From contig JADGIF010000025.1 of NCBI GenBank assembly GCA_018985225.1, positions 3,451 to 35,450 of the forward strand: a DNA stretch of 32,000 bases, read 5' to 3'. The notes below the pieces were generated by a model. It searched no databases and was not told the origin of the DNA. It worked only from the letters and a program-made list of their open reading frames with translations. Positions 20,466-31,140 of this stretch are shown one piece after another (positions within the stretch are counted from its first letter, which is position 1; each line of letters opens with the position of its first letter). The translations under genes were made by a program, and so were the position numbers. The DNA comes from Amoeboradix gromovi X-113. Lineage: Eukaryota; Fungi; Sanchytriomycota.

Positions 20466-22270
20466 TTAGATATTTATTTGGGTATTCAGCTCTTCTCCAT
20501 TTAGCGCATCATGTAGATTTTGATAAAATCGGTCTCCAACAATGGCTGCTAGCCCACTTCTGTAAATCTTTTTTTGGCAATTTCTTCTCATTTTAACAAT
20601 GCTAACTAATATACGACGCTCCTTATAGCTCTTTATCACTTCGAATAGTATTTCCACAGCTCTAAATTAGAAATGAAGTACGTGGAATCTATTTTTAACA
20701 TATTACCCAAATCGAATATAACGTGGTGGATAGGTGACTGGGATGGATGGTCTGAAGGATGGTGTTGCATGTGTCCAAACCATTCTAATCTTCTAACTCT
20801 CTCCATCATTTCAGCACTATTTGCAAAGTTTAAGCTTTCATCAATTTGCAGTAACAATGCTCCGTCCACCTGCTCTACGTCATCAGGGAACTCTGTCATT
20901 TGTACATATTCATTGTGTGTGCCACTCTTTCTTCCTAGTATAGATATCTTTGGTGTCGTAGTATTTTTAACATTTAACAACAGTGCGATTACAATAGAGA
21001 TAAGTGCTCCATACTCTATGCTAATAGTCAGAGTAGTTACGAATACTATCAAGCTAATAACTAGATCAGTCCATGCATGTATTTTGATAAGAAATCCAAT
21101 TTTTTGTCGTTCTATAAGATTTATTGCTGCATTCATCACTACGCAAGCAGTCGTAGCGAGCGGAAGGTATCTAAATATGGGTAATAGTACCAAAGTACTA
21201 GTCAACACCAAAAATGCTACAAATACTTGGCAAAGTGGTGTTTCTACTTTGGCTTTGTGTGATATCATACTTCGTGCTAATGATCCATATACAGGCATAC
21301 AACCAAAGAGACTGCCTACAAGGTTGGTTAAACCAAGTGCAACAAGTTCTCTATTTCTGCTAATTGCGTATCCTTTTACTGCAGCAAATGATTTGCTTGC
21401 CAACATAGACTCCAAAAATCCTATAACAGTTATTACACCACTTGGACCTATTAACGTACGAATAGGTACACCGTTAATAGGTAGCTGTATCTTCAGTAGG
21501 TCCGAGTGTATCTCTATTTCACCGACAATAGCGACTCCATATGATTTGAAATCAAAAATAAAGCTGCTGAATATGCTAACAACCACCAACGGAATAATCA
21601 CAGGTATTTGCAGGTTAACGAATCTAGATAGTATGCTGTACATTATCATAAACAACAAAGAGAAGCAGCTAAGTAAAAACGTTTGAATATGAAGAGTGTA
21701 AAGACGGTTTAGTTCATGAAATAGGAGTTCCAATGGGGAGTTACAATGAACCACTATCAATCCTAGAATAAACGGTATTTGCTCTATGCAAATTGTAACA
21801 GCCACACCGCTAATTAAACCAGCTATTATGGGTCTGCTGAAAATAGCGTCAAGAAATCCAAACCTTAAAATGCCCAAAAGAAAAGTTATCACACCACACA
21901 TGAAAGCAATAGAATTTTCGTGTTTGTATTGACCTATTAAAATACAAACAACAGCATCTAATCCTACGCTTAACGAGTGAGAGCTACCCATGATGGCATA
22001 TATGAATAATGGGAAAATTGTAGATTTTAATCCAACTACAATAGGCACTTTGGCTAAAGTAACTGTGTAGCTAATGATTTGAGGAATCAGGATACACGTC
22101 AGCGTAATCGCGGCGACTAAGTCGTGACCGAACTTGGCTCTATTATATTCCTTGATCCATCCTAAGATAGGGATATAGTAGGTAGATCTACGCAATAACT
22201 GAGAGCTAGTTGACAGCAATGGGGACTGCGCATTTGAATTATCTGATAATGGCGAAGGAAGTTCTGACAT
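20466..22270 (-). CDS. SulP/SLC26 anion transporter with STAS domain; intron 20662-20681
   Basis: DLVAAITLTCILIPQ, NRELVALG, GSLARS; STAS IDST|AVEIL restored by a 20-nt intron. Confidence 0.93.
20662..20681 (-). other. 20-nt intron
   Basis: gtacttcatttctaatttag. Confidence 0.85.
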
Positions 22271-22339
22271 GGAAAAAGCAAATCCAAGAAATATCCTTGT
22301 GTATCATAAGACTACTTATGAGTGAAATCATAAACAACT

Positions 22340-22747
22340 GGGACATCAAATATAAAAACCAGACTAACATTCTAAAATAGTTTGAATCGTTATTTCAAGT
22401 GTGTATTAACCCATAGTAAATTAAATTAATCTGACTGATTCAAGTAAATTATTTTAGTATAAAAGCTTTCATCCATCAAAATCTTAAACAACGATTAACA
22501 AGAATAAGAGAAAACAAAAAATAAGTTATGCGAAAGGTGGTAAGAAGAAAAAGAAAATGGAGCAGATAAGACACTCAAAGACCTTATTTGAAAGAGATAG
22601 TGGGTCATCTTGTTTATTTTAAAGAGGGAAATGTCATTAATGGAAAAGAATAGGTTTGAAAGAAGAAGGAATTTTATTAATAATAGTATTTCCTCCTTAT
22701 AGAGCACCTTTAAAACGACTTAGTCTAGTTTTTATATTTGGTGTCCC
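22340..22747 (+). mobile_element. MITE, ~408 bp with 28-bp TIRs (copy 1)
   Basis: gggacatcaaatataaaaaccagactaa ... ttagtctagtttttatatttggtgtccc; non-coding; homologous to 26065-26440. Confidence 0.9.
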
Positions 22748-22790
22748 AATAGTAAAGAGCACAAAATCAAAGTTACATCAAACTGTTTTA

Positions 22791-23613
22791 TTAAAAGAAC
22801 CATGACAATCTGCTGGCTGGACTAAAAGTGTCTGTCGGCTTAGTGGATGGACCTGAGTTTGATGTAGATGAGGATGAATAAGCTGTAGTACCATAGATTT
22901 CACTTGTGGCACTGGTACAGTTATTCCAGAATTTATTGGAAATACCATAGCAACTGCACAAATCATTAAAGGTTGCCTTGGTATTGTTATAAAACCACTC
23001 CAATGTAACTCCTGTAATGTTGGACTCTGCAAACTCATTGATAATAACTACGTCTTTGGTAGCAGCGGCTAGTAAAAGCTTAATATCAGCTTCAGAAGTG
23101 GAAAAATCTTTAGGATCCAAAGACCACATTGTAGGATAGTAGTTATTGGCCAACAATATTTGATTGACTGAGTCACTAGGTACAGTATTAGTGTATGTTA
23201 CAAATTTAGGAACAAGCCCAACTTTAGATAGCCAAATATCTTTCTCTGCGTTGACGACAGCCAAAATATCTGTGGTATACTTTTTGATAACATTCATACC
23301 GACGCTAAGTTAACAAGAAATACGAGTGACCATAATTGATTATCTGGTTAACGACAGTCCAATCCGTAAATGAGTCAGTCTCAATGATGAAGGTGCCGTT
23401 TATTTTCAATTTAGTCAAGGTGTTAAGCAGGTCTGTGGTATGTGCACTAGGTCCATTATAGAATACCAATGCATTTCCACTTGCACACTGCGACTTCACT
23501 GGTGTACTTTCTACACACATTTTCACTATCGGCGCTCTTCGTTCTACTGCGTGATCAGGTGTAAAGTAAAACACCGCAGCTATTAAAACAAAAATACTCA
23601 AATAACGAAACAT
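22791..23613 (-). CDS. NodB/polysaccharide deacetylase-like protein, catalytically degenerate (copy 1); intron 23305-23323
   Basis: ALVFYNGPS, GTFII, GHS|VG, WSLDPKDF; 19-nt intron gtatttcttgttaacttag joins the two ORFs. Confidence 0.78.
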
Positions 23614-24042
23614 TTGCGACGTCTAGAATTTTTGAAATTTATTGGTTCAGTTTGAGTTTCGAACACTATACACTATAAAAGAAGAAACAATTAATGTAGT
23701 CAATAAACAAATAATCTTAGTTTTATAAACCGCTGTAAGTTTTCAAATATGTGTATTTCGACAACAGGCATCCTATTGTCTACTTCCAGAACTGGAAAAC
23801 TTGCACAAGAATCATTGACTCTGAATTTAGATATAGAGGTTCACTCTAGTTAAAGCAATTTGTTACTTAAATTGAGTGTAAAGGATCCATGTCGAATTAC
23901 TTAGAGCAGACCATCAATAGTATCGTAGTAAACAATCCAAAGCAAGATCGAATAAATTTATTGAGAAAGCGCAATCATAGTAGAACTAGAACAGTACAAG
24001 AGACATGACTTCTTTTCTTGGATATAATATACACTTTATTTA

Positions 24043-24844
24043 TTAAAAAAACCATGACAATTTGTTAGCAGGACTAAAAGTGTTAGTTGGCTTTGCCGAA
24101 GATGAGGCTGATGTTGAAGATGTAGGTTCTGGGGTACTGGCCGTGGTGCAGTTTCCCCAATATTTGTTAGAGACACTAAAGCAGCTAGACAAGTCATTAA
24201 AGGATGCCTTGGTATTATTATAAAACCACGCTAACGTCGACCCAGTTATGTTGGACTCTGCAAACTCATTGACAAGAATAACATCTTTGGTAGCAGCAGC
24301 TAACAACTTTTTAATATCAGCTTCAGAAGTGGAAAAATCTTTAGGATCCAAAGACCACATTGTAGGATAGTAGTTATTGGCCAACAATATTTGATTGACT
24401 GAGTCACTAGGTACAGTATTAGTGTATGTTACAAATTTAGGAACAAGCCCAACTTTAGATAGCCAAATATCTTTCTCTGCGTTGACGACAGCCAAAATAT
24501 CTGTGGTATACTTTTTGATAACATTCATGCCGACGCTAAGTTAACAAGAAATACGAGTGACCATAATTGATTATCTGTTTAACGACAGTCCAATCAGTTG
24601 CTGCGTTGCTTTCAATTATAAATGTTCCGGTTACTTTAAGCATTGTCAAGGTGTTAAGCAGGTCTGTGGTGTGTGTACTAGGTCCATTATAGAATACCAA
24701 TGCATTTCCACTTGCACACTGCGACTTCACTGGTGTGCTTTCTACACACACGTTCACTATCGGTGCTCTTCGTTCTACTGCATGATCAGGCGTAAAATAG
24801 AACACCGCAGCTATTAAAACAAAAACACTCAAATAACGAAACAT
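24043..24844 (-). CDS. NodB/polysaccharide deacetylase-like protein, degenerate (copy 2); intron 24536-24554
   Basis: Near-identical tandem duplicate of 22791-23613, with an identical intron. Confidence 0.78.
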
Positions 24845-24959
24845 TTGCGACGTCTGGGATTTTTGAAATTTTAATTAATTTTCGCAAAGGGCATCGTAAA
24901 CGGAACGCAAGCGCCATTTGGTGAGACGTTTATTGAGATACGCTATTAATTTGAAACAA

Positions 24960-26022
24960 ATGAATATCTTAATATCTTTAATTACCGCTCAATCTTGTGG
25001 ACCCAACAAAGGTTCGTGTAAAAAATCAGGATGCTCTCAATGGGGGTGGTGTGGTAGCACATTAGCACATACCAGCGGGAATTGTCTTGCTCAATTCTCG
25101 GATGCTGGATTTTGTTTACCTCTAGGCCCTACTACAGTTACTTTTTCTGGCGAATCTACAGACGGCAAATGTGGCCTAACTAAAGGAAAAATGGGATGTC
25201 CAGCTGGTTCCTGTTGCTCGCAATGGGGATGGTGCGGTATTGGTACTGCTTGGTGTCAATCCAGTGCCTCAAATAACAAACCGGCTGTAACTACAACACC
25301 GCCTACAGCTGCCCCATCGCCACCGGTACCTACGACCTCTGCAAATTCCCCTAAACTGCCGCAAACAGCACCATTCACAAACTGTATAAATAACAAAGAA
25401 GTTGCCTTGACAATTGATGATGGTCCAGATAACACAATTACACCTAAAGTTATTGATTTGTTGACTAGCAAAGGCATTCCAGCCACATTCTTTCAAATTG
25501 GTGTTAACATTCAGGGCCAACCAACTGGTGTGGCTGCTATCAAAGCAGCACTTGCTGCTAGGCCAGATCTCTTTAATGTTGCAAGTCACACGTGGTCTCA
25601 TTTAGATTCCATCCTAGCAACGACAGATGTTACAGGTGAAGCGCAGAAGGTCAACGATATCATGAAAAGCACTTACGGTATAAAGCCTAGGTTTTTTAGA
25701 CCACCTTTTGGAGATTGGAATTCACCTGCTTTGAAGATCTGGAACGACATGGGCATGTATGCTATTTCCTGGTCAGTTGGTATTTATGATTTATGTAGAC
25801 TCAAATGACTGGCAATACTCGCCTGATAAAGTTAAAGTTATGGCTAGTGTCAATAAGGACTTTGCAGTTGATCAGGACATTGGACACATCATTTTATGCC
25901 ATGATTTGTACACAGTTTGCACAATTGAATTACTACCTCAAATAGTAGATTTATTCCAAGGAAAAGGATACAAATTTGTAACATTACAACAATGCTTAGG
26001 TGGAGTAACTCCGTATCAATAA
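24960..26022 (+). CDS. Chitin deacetylase (CE4) with two CBM18/hevein domains; intron 25780-25798
   Basis: CSQWGWCG x2, ALTIDDGP, SHTWSH, FRPPFG, WSV|DSNDW, IILCHD. Confidence 0.92.
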
Positions 26023-26064
26023 ACTCTCCTTTGTAAAATTGTATTTTTCACCACATTTATAGAT

Positions 26065-26440
26065 AGGATACCAAATGTAAAAACTAGACCAAGTCGTCTT
26101 TAAAGAAGGTGCTCCATAAGGAGGAAACACTATTATTAATAAAGGATCTTCTTTCATTAATGTAGTTCCTCTCTTTAAAATAAAACAAGATGACCCACTA
26201 TATCTTTCGAATAAGGTCTTTGAGTGTCTTGTCTGTTCCTTTTTCTTTTTGATAACTTATTTTTGTTTCTCTTCTTCTTGTTAATCATTGTTTCTAAGAT
26301 TTTAATGGATGGAAGCTTTTACACTAAAATAGTTTACTTGAACCAATCAGATTAGTTTAGTTTACTAACAGTTAACACACACTTGAAATAATGATTAAAC
26401 CATTTCAGAAAGTTAGTCTAGTTTTTATATTTGATGTCCC
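26065..26440 (-). mobile_element. MITE copy 2, inverted relative to copy 1; possible AGAT target-site duplication
   Basis: Reverse-complement homology to 22340-22747 along its length; agat at 26061-26064 and 26441-26444. Confidence 0.9.
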
Positions 26441-26794
26441 AGATGTTAACGTAATACTTAAACAAATCAGCTCAGTAAATGTGGTTATTAGAGACGCTAC
26501 TTAAGATGAAAATCGGACAGTATGAAGTTCTAATGCTGCAAAAGTAATCTTGCGATCGCATTGTAAAATTTCGCTGATAATAGTAATCTAGTCAAAAGAT
26601 TGCTTTCTACAATTCTACCAAGCAATTTATTTATACCTAAATAATCTGTACGATACGAATGCGTCTATTTTTAGAAATAGAACTGAATTAGCATCAATTG
26701 TTCTTATGAAGATAACCAAACACACAATAAATGTGAGTAAACAATCTTCATGTTAGATGGGGAATCTCCGTAAATGATGATTTATAGCACTTTA

Positions 26795-26840
26795 TTAAGT
26801 CCTAGATTTCTGGAAAAACGAGAATTGCCACAAAATGCTA
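26795..26840 (-). repeat. Possible short right-end remnant of the IS607/Fanzor element (copy J)
   Basis: Reverse complement gtggcaattctcgtttttccagaaatctaggacttaa resembles gtggaaattctcgattttctcggaaatcaggacttt. Confidence 0.45.
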
Positions 26841-26924
26841 CGAAGCCTGAAATAGCTATGGAAATTTTCGCCAACGCTGATGAAAATGCGGCTTTCATTT
26901 GAGTTTTAAAAATTAAAAATTTAT

Positions 26925-28934
26925 TCAGTCTTGTATATTGTCTATCAATATTGTGCAATCTGCGCTACAACTAGCCAATATGGGTAGAAATGGGTGGTAA
27001 CAAAGCCTATTCACTGTCATTGAATGCTTTCTGATTTCGATACCGTTTTCAACTACACTACCATCCTCCATCCCTATAGCAAATTTACCATCACGATACG
27101 CTACGCTAGTACAACTTTGTTTGTAATTCTCGCTTTTAACCAGGCAAATATTTCCATCATCTATTTTCCAATATTTTACACTTTTGTCCCGAGAACAAGA
27201 GACAAAGTTGCTATTGTCGATCCAGCATGTATCCCAAACAATCCTAGAATGAGCTTTTACTGTCATACTGCTCCAGTCTTTGGTATTAAACACATGAATG
27301 CTTCGATCTCTTCCTACAGACAATAAATACTCACCGTTTTCAGAATATTTTAGTCTAGTTATGGTCAATTTATGTCCTTTTAAGACTTGCATGAGATTCC
27401 ATGCACATTCCTGATCTTTCAATCCAGTTGTCATTTCATAGACCCTTATCACAGCTTGTTCCACACTTGTTGCTTTGCAGCTTATTGCAATCTGAATATT
27501 ACCTTCGTAGTCATGGGTATCTATGGCATACACATTATCGCCGCATCCATAGAGCTTCTGCAACTCGGGCCACAGAGTATGTTGCAGTAGCTGAGATTCA
27601 ACAGGGAAATCAGTTTGCTTCAATGTCGCTGAAAACACTTTGTCAGTACCATAGCTTTGAAACCTGTCTTTCATAAGCACTTTTTCGTCTACCTCAGTGT
27701 TTGATGAAGTGTATATTGCTTTGTTGCTTAATCCCAAAGCAGGTAGAGATGCTCCTATTGCTTTGTTATCAAGAATTGTAGTAAACTTATCTGTTTTTAC
27801 AAACTCACATTTTTCCAATCTTTTAATAAATACAGATGGTACTCCGAAGACTCTCGCGACCTTCTCTTCCCCGGCACTGACCAGAACAGTTCCTACTCCG
27901 AGCGTTTGCATCAGATAGCCATGGACCTGGGGTCTACTTAATTCCTTGAATTGCAGTTTATTGTTTATCCTACACGGAGCATATAATCTTGTGGTTCTGT
28001 CTATACCACAAGAAAACAAACAACCACTGCTATGCCATTGAATATCCGTTACAGATAAATTGTGACCACTAGTTCCAGGCTGAATAATAAAATTGTCATT
28101 CTCATGGACCCACTTAACAAGGGCACCTCTATGAGTAACGCCGAATACAATTAGATTCGGCGATTTTATCGCTGCAACGCTCTGAATTTGACCCATTCCC
28201 AAAGAACCAAACATATGAGCTTCCCATTGATTATCAGAGTACTGATAATGGATAATAGACTGATCTGCGCTGCAGCTGAACCAGTCTCCATTATTGTACG
28301 GAGACTTAGCCACTGCTAGGACCCAATCTGAGTGATCACTCAAAACTGTTTCCAACCATAACTTCACTTTGTCGTTTGGTTTGTATTTATAGATGCGGAG
28401 AGTCATATCGTTAGACGAAGTAGCCAAATACCAATAGTTATTGAAGTGCTGCCATTCTACGCCAGTTACAAAGCTTTGATTATCACTTATTTTGTAGATT
28501 ATGTCCAGGTTCATATCAAGTAAATACACATTGTTTCTAGAAGTACCAACCGCTAGTGTTTTAGTGGATGGTTCATAGGATATGTCACATGTTAACTCAT
28601 TCAGGTTCTTCGATTTTACAACAACTCCATCCTTTAGCGTTTCTATGCACTGCTTAGAGCTAACAATAAAGAACCCATTTGCATACACTATACATTGACC
28701 GGAAAAATGCTCAAATTGCTCTTGTTGACCATCTCTAATAACACCATAATGCTTTGTACAGACATACGCAATAATTTCTTCGTGAACTGAAAAGTGTGAC
28801 AACGGTGATTCCGTATTATATATTTTAAGGCAGTTCAGATCTTCGTCAAATATACAGAGACATTTATACCCTTGAACAACGATGCAGTGATCGCCGTAGG
28901 GTTTGACTTTTTGCCAGCCAGATATCAACTGCAT
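26925..28934 (-). CDS. ELP2: Elongator subunit 2 (WD40)
   Basis: DRTTRL, ELSRPQVHGY, GEEKVARVF, LPALGLSNKA, TLWPELQKLYG, HKLTITRL. Confidence 0.95.
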   Translation of the reverse strand: MQLISGWQKVKPYGDHCIVVQGYKCLCIFDEDLNCLKIYNTESPLSHFSVHEEIIAYVCTKHYGVIRDGQQEQFEHFSGQCIVYANGFFIVSSKQCIETLKDGVVVKSKNLNELTCDISYEPSTKTLAVGTSRNNVYLLDMNLDIIYKISDNQSFVTGVEWQHFNNYWYLATSSNDMTLRIYKYKPNDKVKLWLETVLSDHSDWVLAVAKSPYNNGDWFSCSADQSIIHYQYSDNQWEAHMFGSLGMGQIQSVAAIKSPNLIVFGVTHRGALVKWVHENDNFIIQPGTSGHNLSVTDIQWHSSGCLFSCGIDRTTRLYAPCRINNKLQFKELSRPQVHGYLMQTLGVGTVLVSAGEEKVARVFGVPSVFIKRLEKCEFVKTDKFTTILDNKAIGASLPALGLSNKAIYTSSNTEVDEKVLMKDRFQSYGTDKVFSATLKQTDFPVESQLLQHTLWPELQKLYGCGDNVYAIDTHDYEGNIQIAISCKATSVEQAVIRVYEMTTGLKDQECAWNLMQVLKGHKLTITRLKYSENGEYLLSVGRDRSIHVFNTKDWSSMTVKAHSRIVWDTCWIDNSNFVSCSRDKSVKYWKIDDGNICLVKSENYKQSCTSVAYRDGKFAIGMEDGSVVENGIEIRKHSMTVNRLCYHPFLPILASCSADCTILIDNIQD

Positions 28935-28954
28935 TGTTTAACCCTCGTTTGAAC

Positions 28955-30439
28955 ATGTACATTTGGGCAGTGGCAACCACTAACAAATTGTACTTAAGAA
29001 TCGAGAAGCATGCAAGTTTGAGTATTAACAGTCTGGAAGCAGTAATAGAAAAGTCTATTCTATACAGAAATGGTGACTTTGAATTGCACAACGTGACTTT
29101 TACTAACTTATCACCCAATACCCAGTACAAACTCATGGTTGACAACAAAGAGTACATATATAGCACTCTGGGTACAGGCAAGAATGATTTTACCATAATG
29201 GCTGGTGCTTGTTCAAAATACAAATCCAACTCATTTGCTGAGAGACCCTCCAACATTGCATTTATGGTGCACATTGGGGACTTGTATTATGCCGATATTA
29301 CAGATAATAGCATCGATAGCTACGCTGATCAGTTTAGATTGAAATTTCAAATTGAAAATCAAAACGGGAGGAATAGCAAAAGTATATTTGAAGATAGTTT
29401 GTTTTACTATATATACGATGATCATGACTTCAGTGACAATAATAGCAACTCTGCGTCGAGTAGCCATACTGCAGGCACAGTCAGTCACAAAATATTCGCC
29501 CCGCAATTACCGAATGATGCACCTTATCTAAACGCTACTTTTAATGAGCCGAAAGTGGCGAACAAAATACTAGATGCTCGTTCTTTATTCACTCCTGCTT
29601 ACAAATCATTTACTAATAACAATATTCGCTTTGTTATCATGGATTTACGAGCAGACCAGGATCCAAGTAGAATGATGGATCAATGGCAAAAAAGCCAAAT
29701 AGAAGCAGAACTGGCTAACTCTGCAAAATACGATGCAATTATAGTATTTAGTAGCTTGCCTTTCAATGGAATTGAGTCAGCTACTAGTGAGCCCGATAAA
29801 TGGATGCATCATGTAGCAGATCGCGCGTGGTTTAGTAACTTGGTCTCTGAGCACAGCGTATCAAATCTTGTGATGGTAGCTGGAGATGCTCATATGTTGG
29901 CATATGATGACGGAACAAACAACGATTTTGGAAGTGATGGACCGGCGGGGTTTCCAATATTTCAATGCGCGCCACTTTCAAATTACGGTAGTTGCAAAGG
30001 CGGTCCTTATACAACACCACCTTTTACGCATAAATATTATGTTAATCACTATTATTGTTTATTCGATTTTAAATTTGAAAATAATAAATTGTGTATCATA
30101 GGAAAAGGAATGCAATCTGGATCAAGCACTCCGGTGTTTGAGCAGCAGTTATGTAGAGGTGCAACTGATTCTTGGATTAAAATGGGCAATAAGGGCTCCA
30201 CTACGTATCCATGCGTGATTCCATTGTTCCCTGTGTGGCTAGTAATACTAATAATACTCGTTGCATTTATATTAACAAGCTGCGGACTGTTTTTATGTTA
30301 TAGATGTTATAAAAGAAGAAAAAGAAATATGTTAGTGCAAATGCCTGAAAACACTAACATTGAGATGAGTAATTCAATTTCAGCAAGCAACAATTCAGAA
30401 AACCTTGTGCAGAGAAAGATAATTACTCAAGAGTCTTGA
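28955..30439 (+). CDS. PhoD-like metallophosphatase with C-terminal TM anchor
   Basis: HIGDLYYAD, IYDDHDFSDNN, MDLR, AGDAH; TM followed by YKRRKR; first ATG at 28955. Confidence 0.87.
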   Translation: MYIWAVATTNKLYLRIEKHASLSINSLEAVIEKSILYRNGDFELHNVTFTNLSPNTQYKLMVDNKEYIYSTLGTGKNDFTIMAGACSKYKSNSFAERPSNIAFMVHIGDLYYADITDNSIDSYADQFRLKFQIENQNGRNSKSIFEDSLFYYIYDDHDFSDNNSNSASSSHTAGTVSHKIFAPQLPNDAPYLNATFNEPKVANKILDARSLFTPAYKSFTNNNIRFVIMDLRADQDPSRMMDQWQKSQIEAELANSAKYDAIIVFSSLPFNGIESATSEPDKWMHHVADRAWFSNLVSEHSVSNLVMVAGDAHMLAYDDGTNNDFGSDGPAGFPIFQCAPLSNYGSCKGGPYTTPPFTHKYYVNHYYCLFDFKFENNKLCIIGKGMQSGSSTPVFEQQLCRGATDSWIKMGNKGSTTYPCVIPLFPVWLVILIILVAFILTSCGLFLCYRCYKRRKRNMLVQMPENTNIEMSNSISASNNSENLVQRKIITQES

Positions 30440-31140
30440 TAACTGACTTAATTCATTGTTTGAAACCAACCATTCTTAAAGCTTCAAATTTACGTCGAAA
30501 GGCGTATCGTCTAAAGAGTACAACCTGTCCCAAAGAATAATCAACTATACTTTCACATCCGAGTTTTGCATCTAGAAGACAGACTTATAAAATCCTAGTC
30601 ATGTAGTGCAATAGAAGCAAGATACAGCCAATGCTGGTGGTACAACTGCTTTAAAAAGTCAGGCTGGATAAATTGAGAAAAGTACTTCATATGTTATCAA
30701 CTGGAGTTTGGCGAATTAATTCTCACTTCATATCTTCCCTTGAAACTTGAATTTGGCCTTTCTTAGGAGACATTTGATCGTAAACTGAAGTCTCTTCTAA
30801 CAAGAAATCTCATTGTTTAGTATATCTTTCTTACTCTATAATGTTGCCATATTTTTGTGTTCCTCTGTCTCATGATAAGAAGTGCTGCGTTAAGTCTGGC
30901 AACGTAAAACAAAAAATTTTGGCGATTATCTTGGTAGAGCCAATATTTTGTTATTGGGTTAGTCGCGTTAATCGCTAATGACAAGGTTGGAATACCCTTA
31001 TTGTTGTCTCTATTATCGTTTGGAATTGGATGGAAGCAGTAACACTACTACATAAATATTTTTGTTGGATAAACAGCAGCCGAAACACTTGGGTAGCCGT
31101 GGAATGACAGATATATTTGTACAATAGCAAATTACAATAA

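Noticed and set aside
20673-21686. 337-aa plus-strand ORF
   Set aside because: It is the antisense shadow of the SulP transporter. The same applies to shadows over ELP2, PhoD, CDA and the TM genes.
22340-22747. Assigning the MITE to a superfamily (PIF/Harbinger, Sola, Merlin)
   Set aside because: Target-site duplications are inconsistent between copies and no transposase is present in the window.
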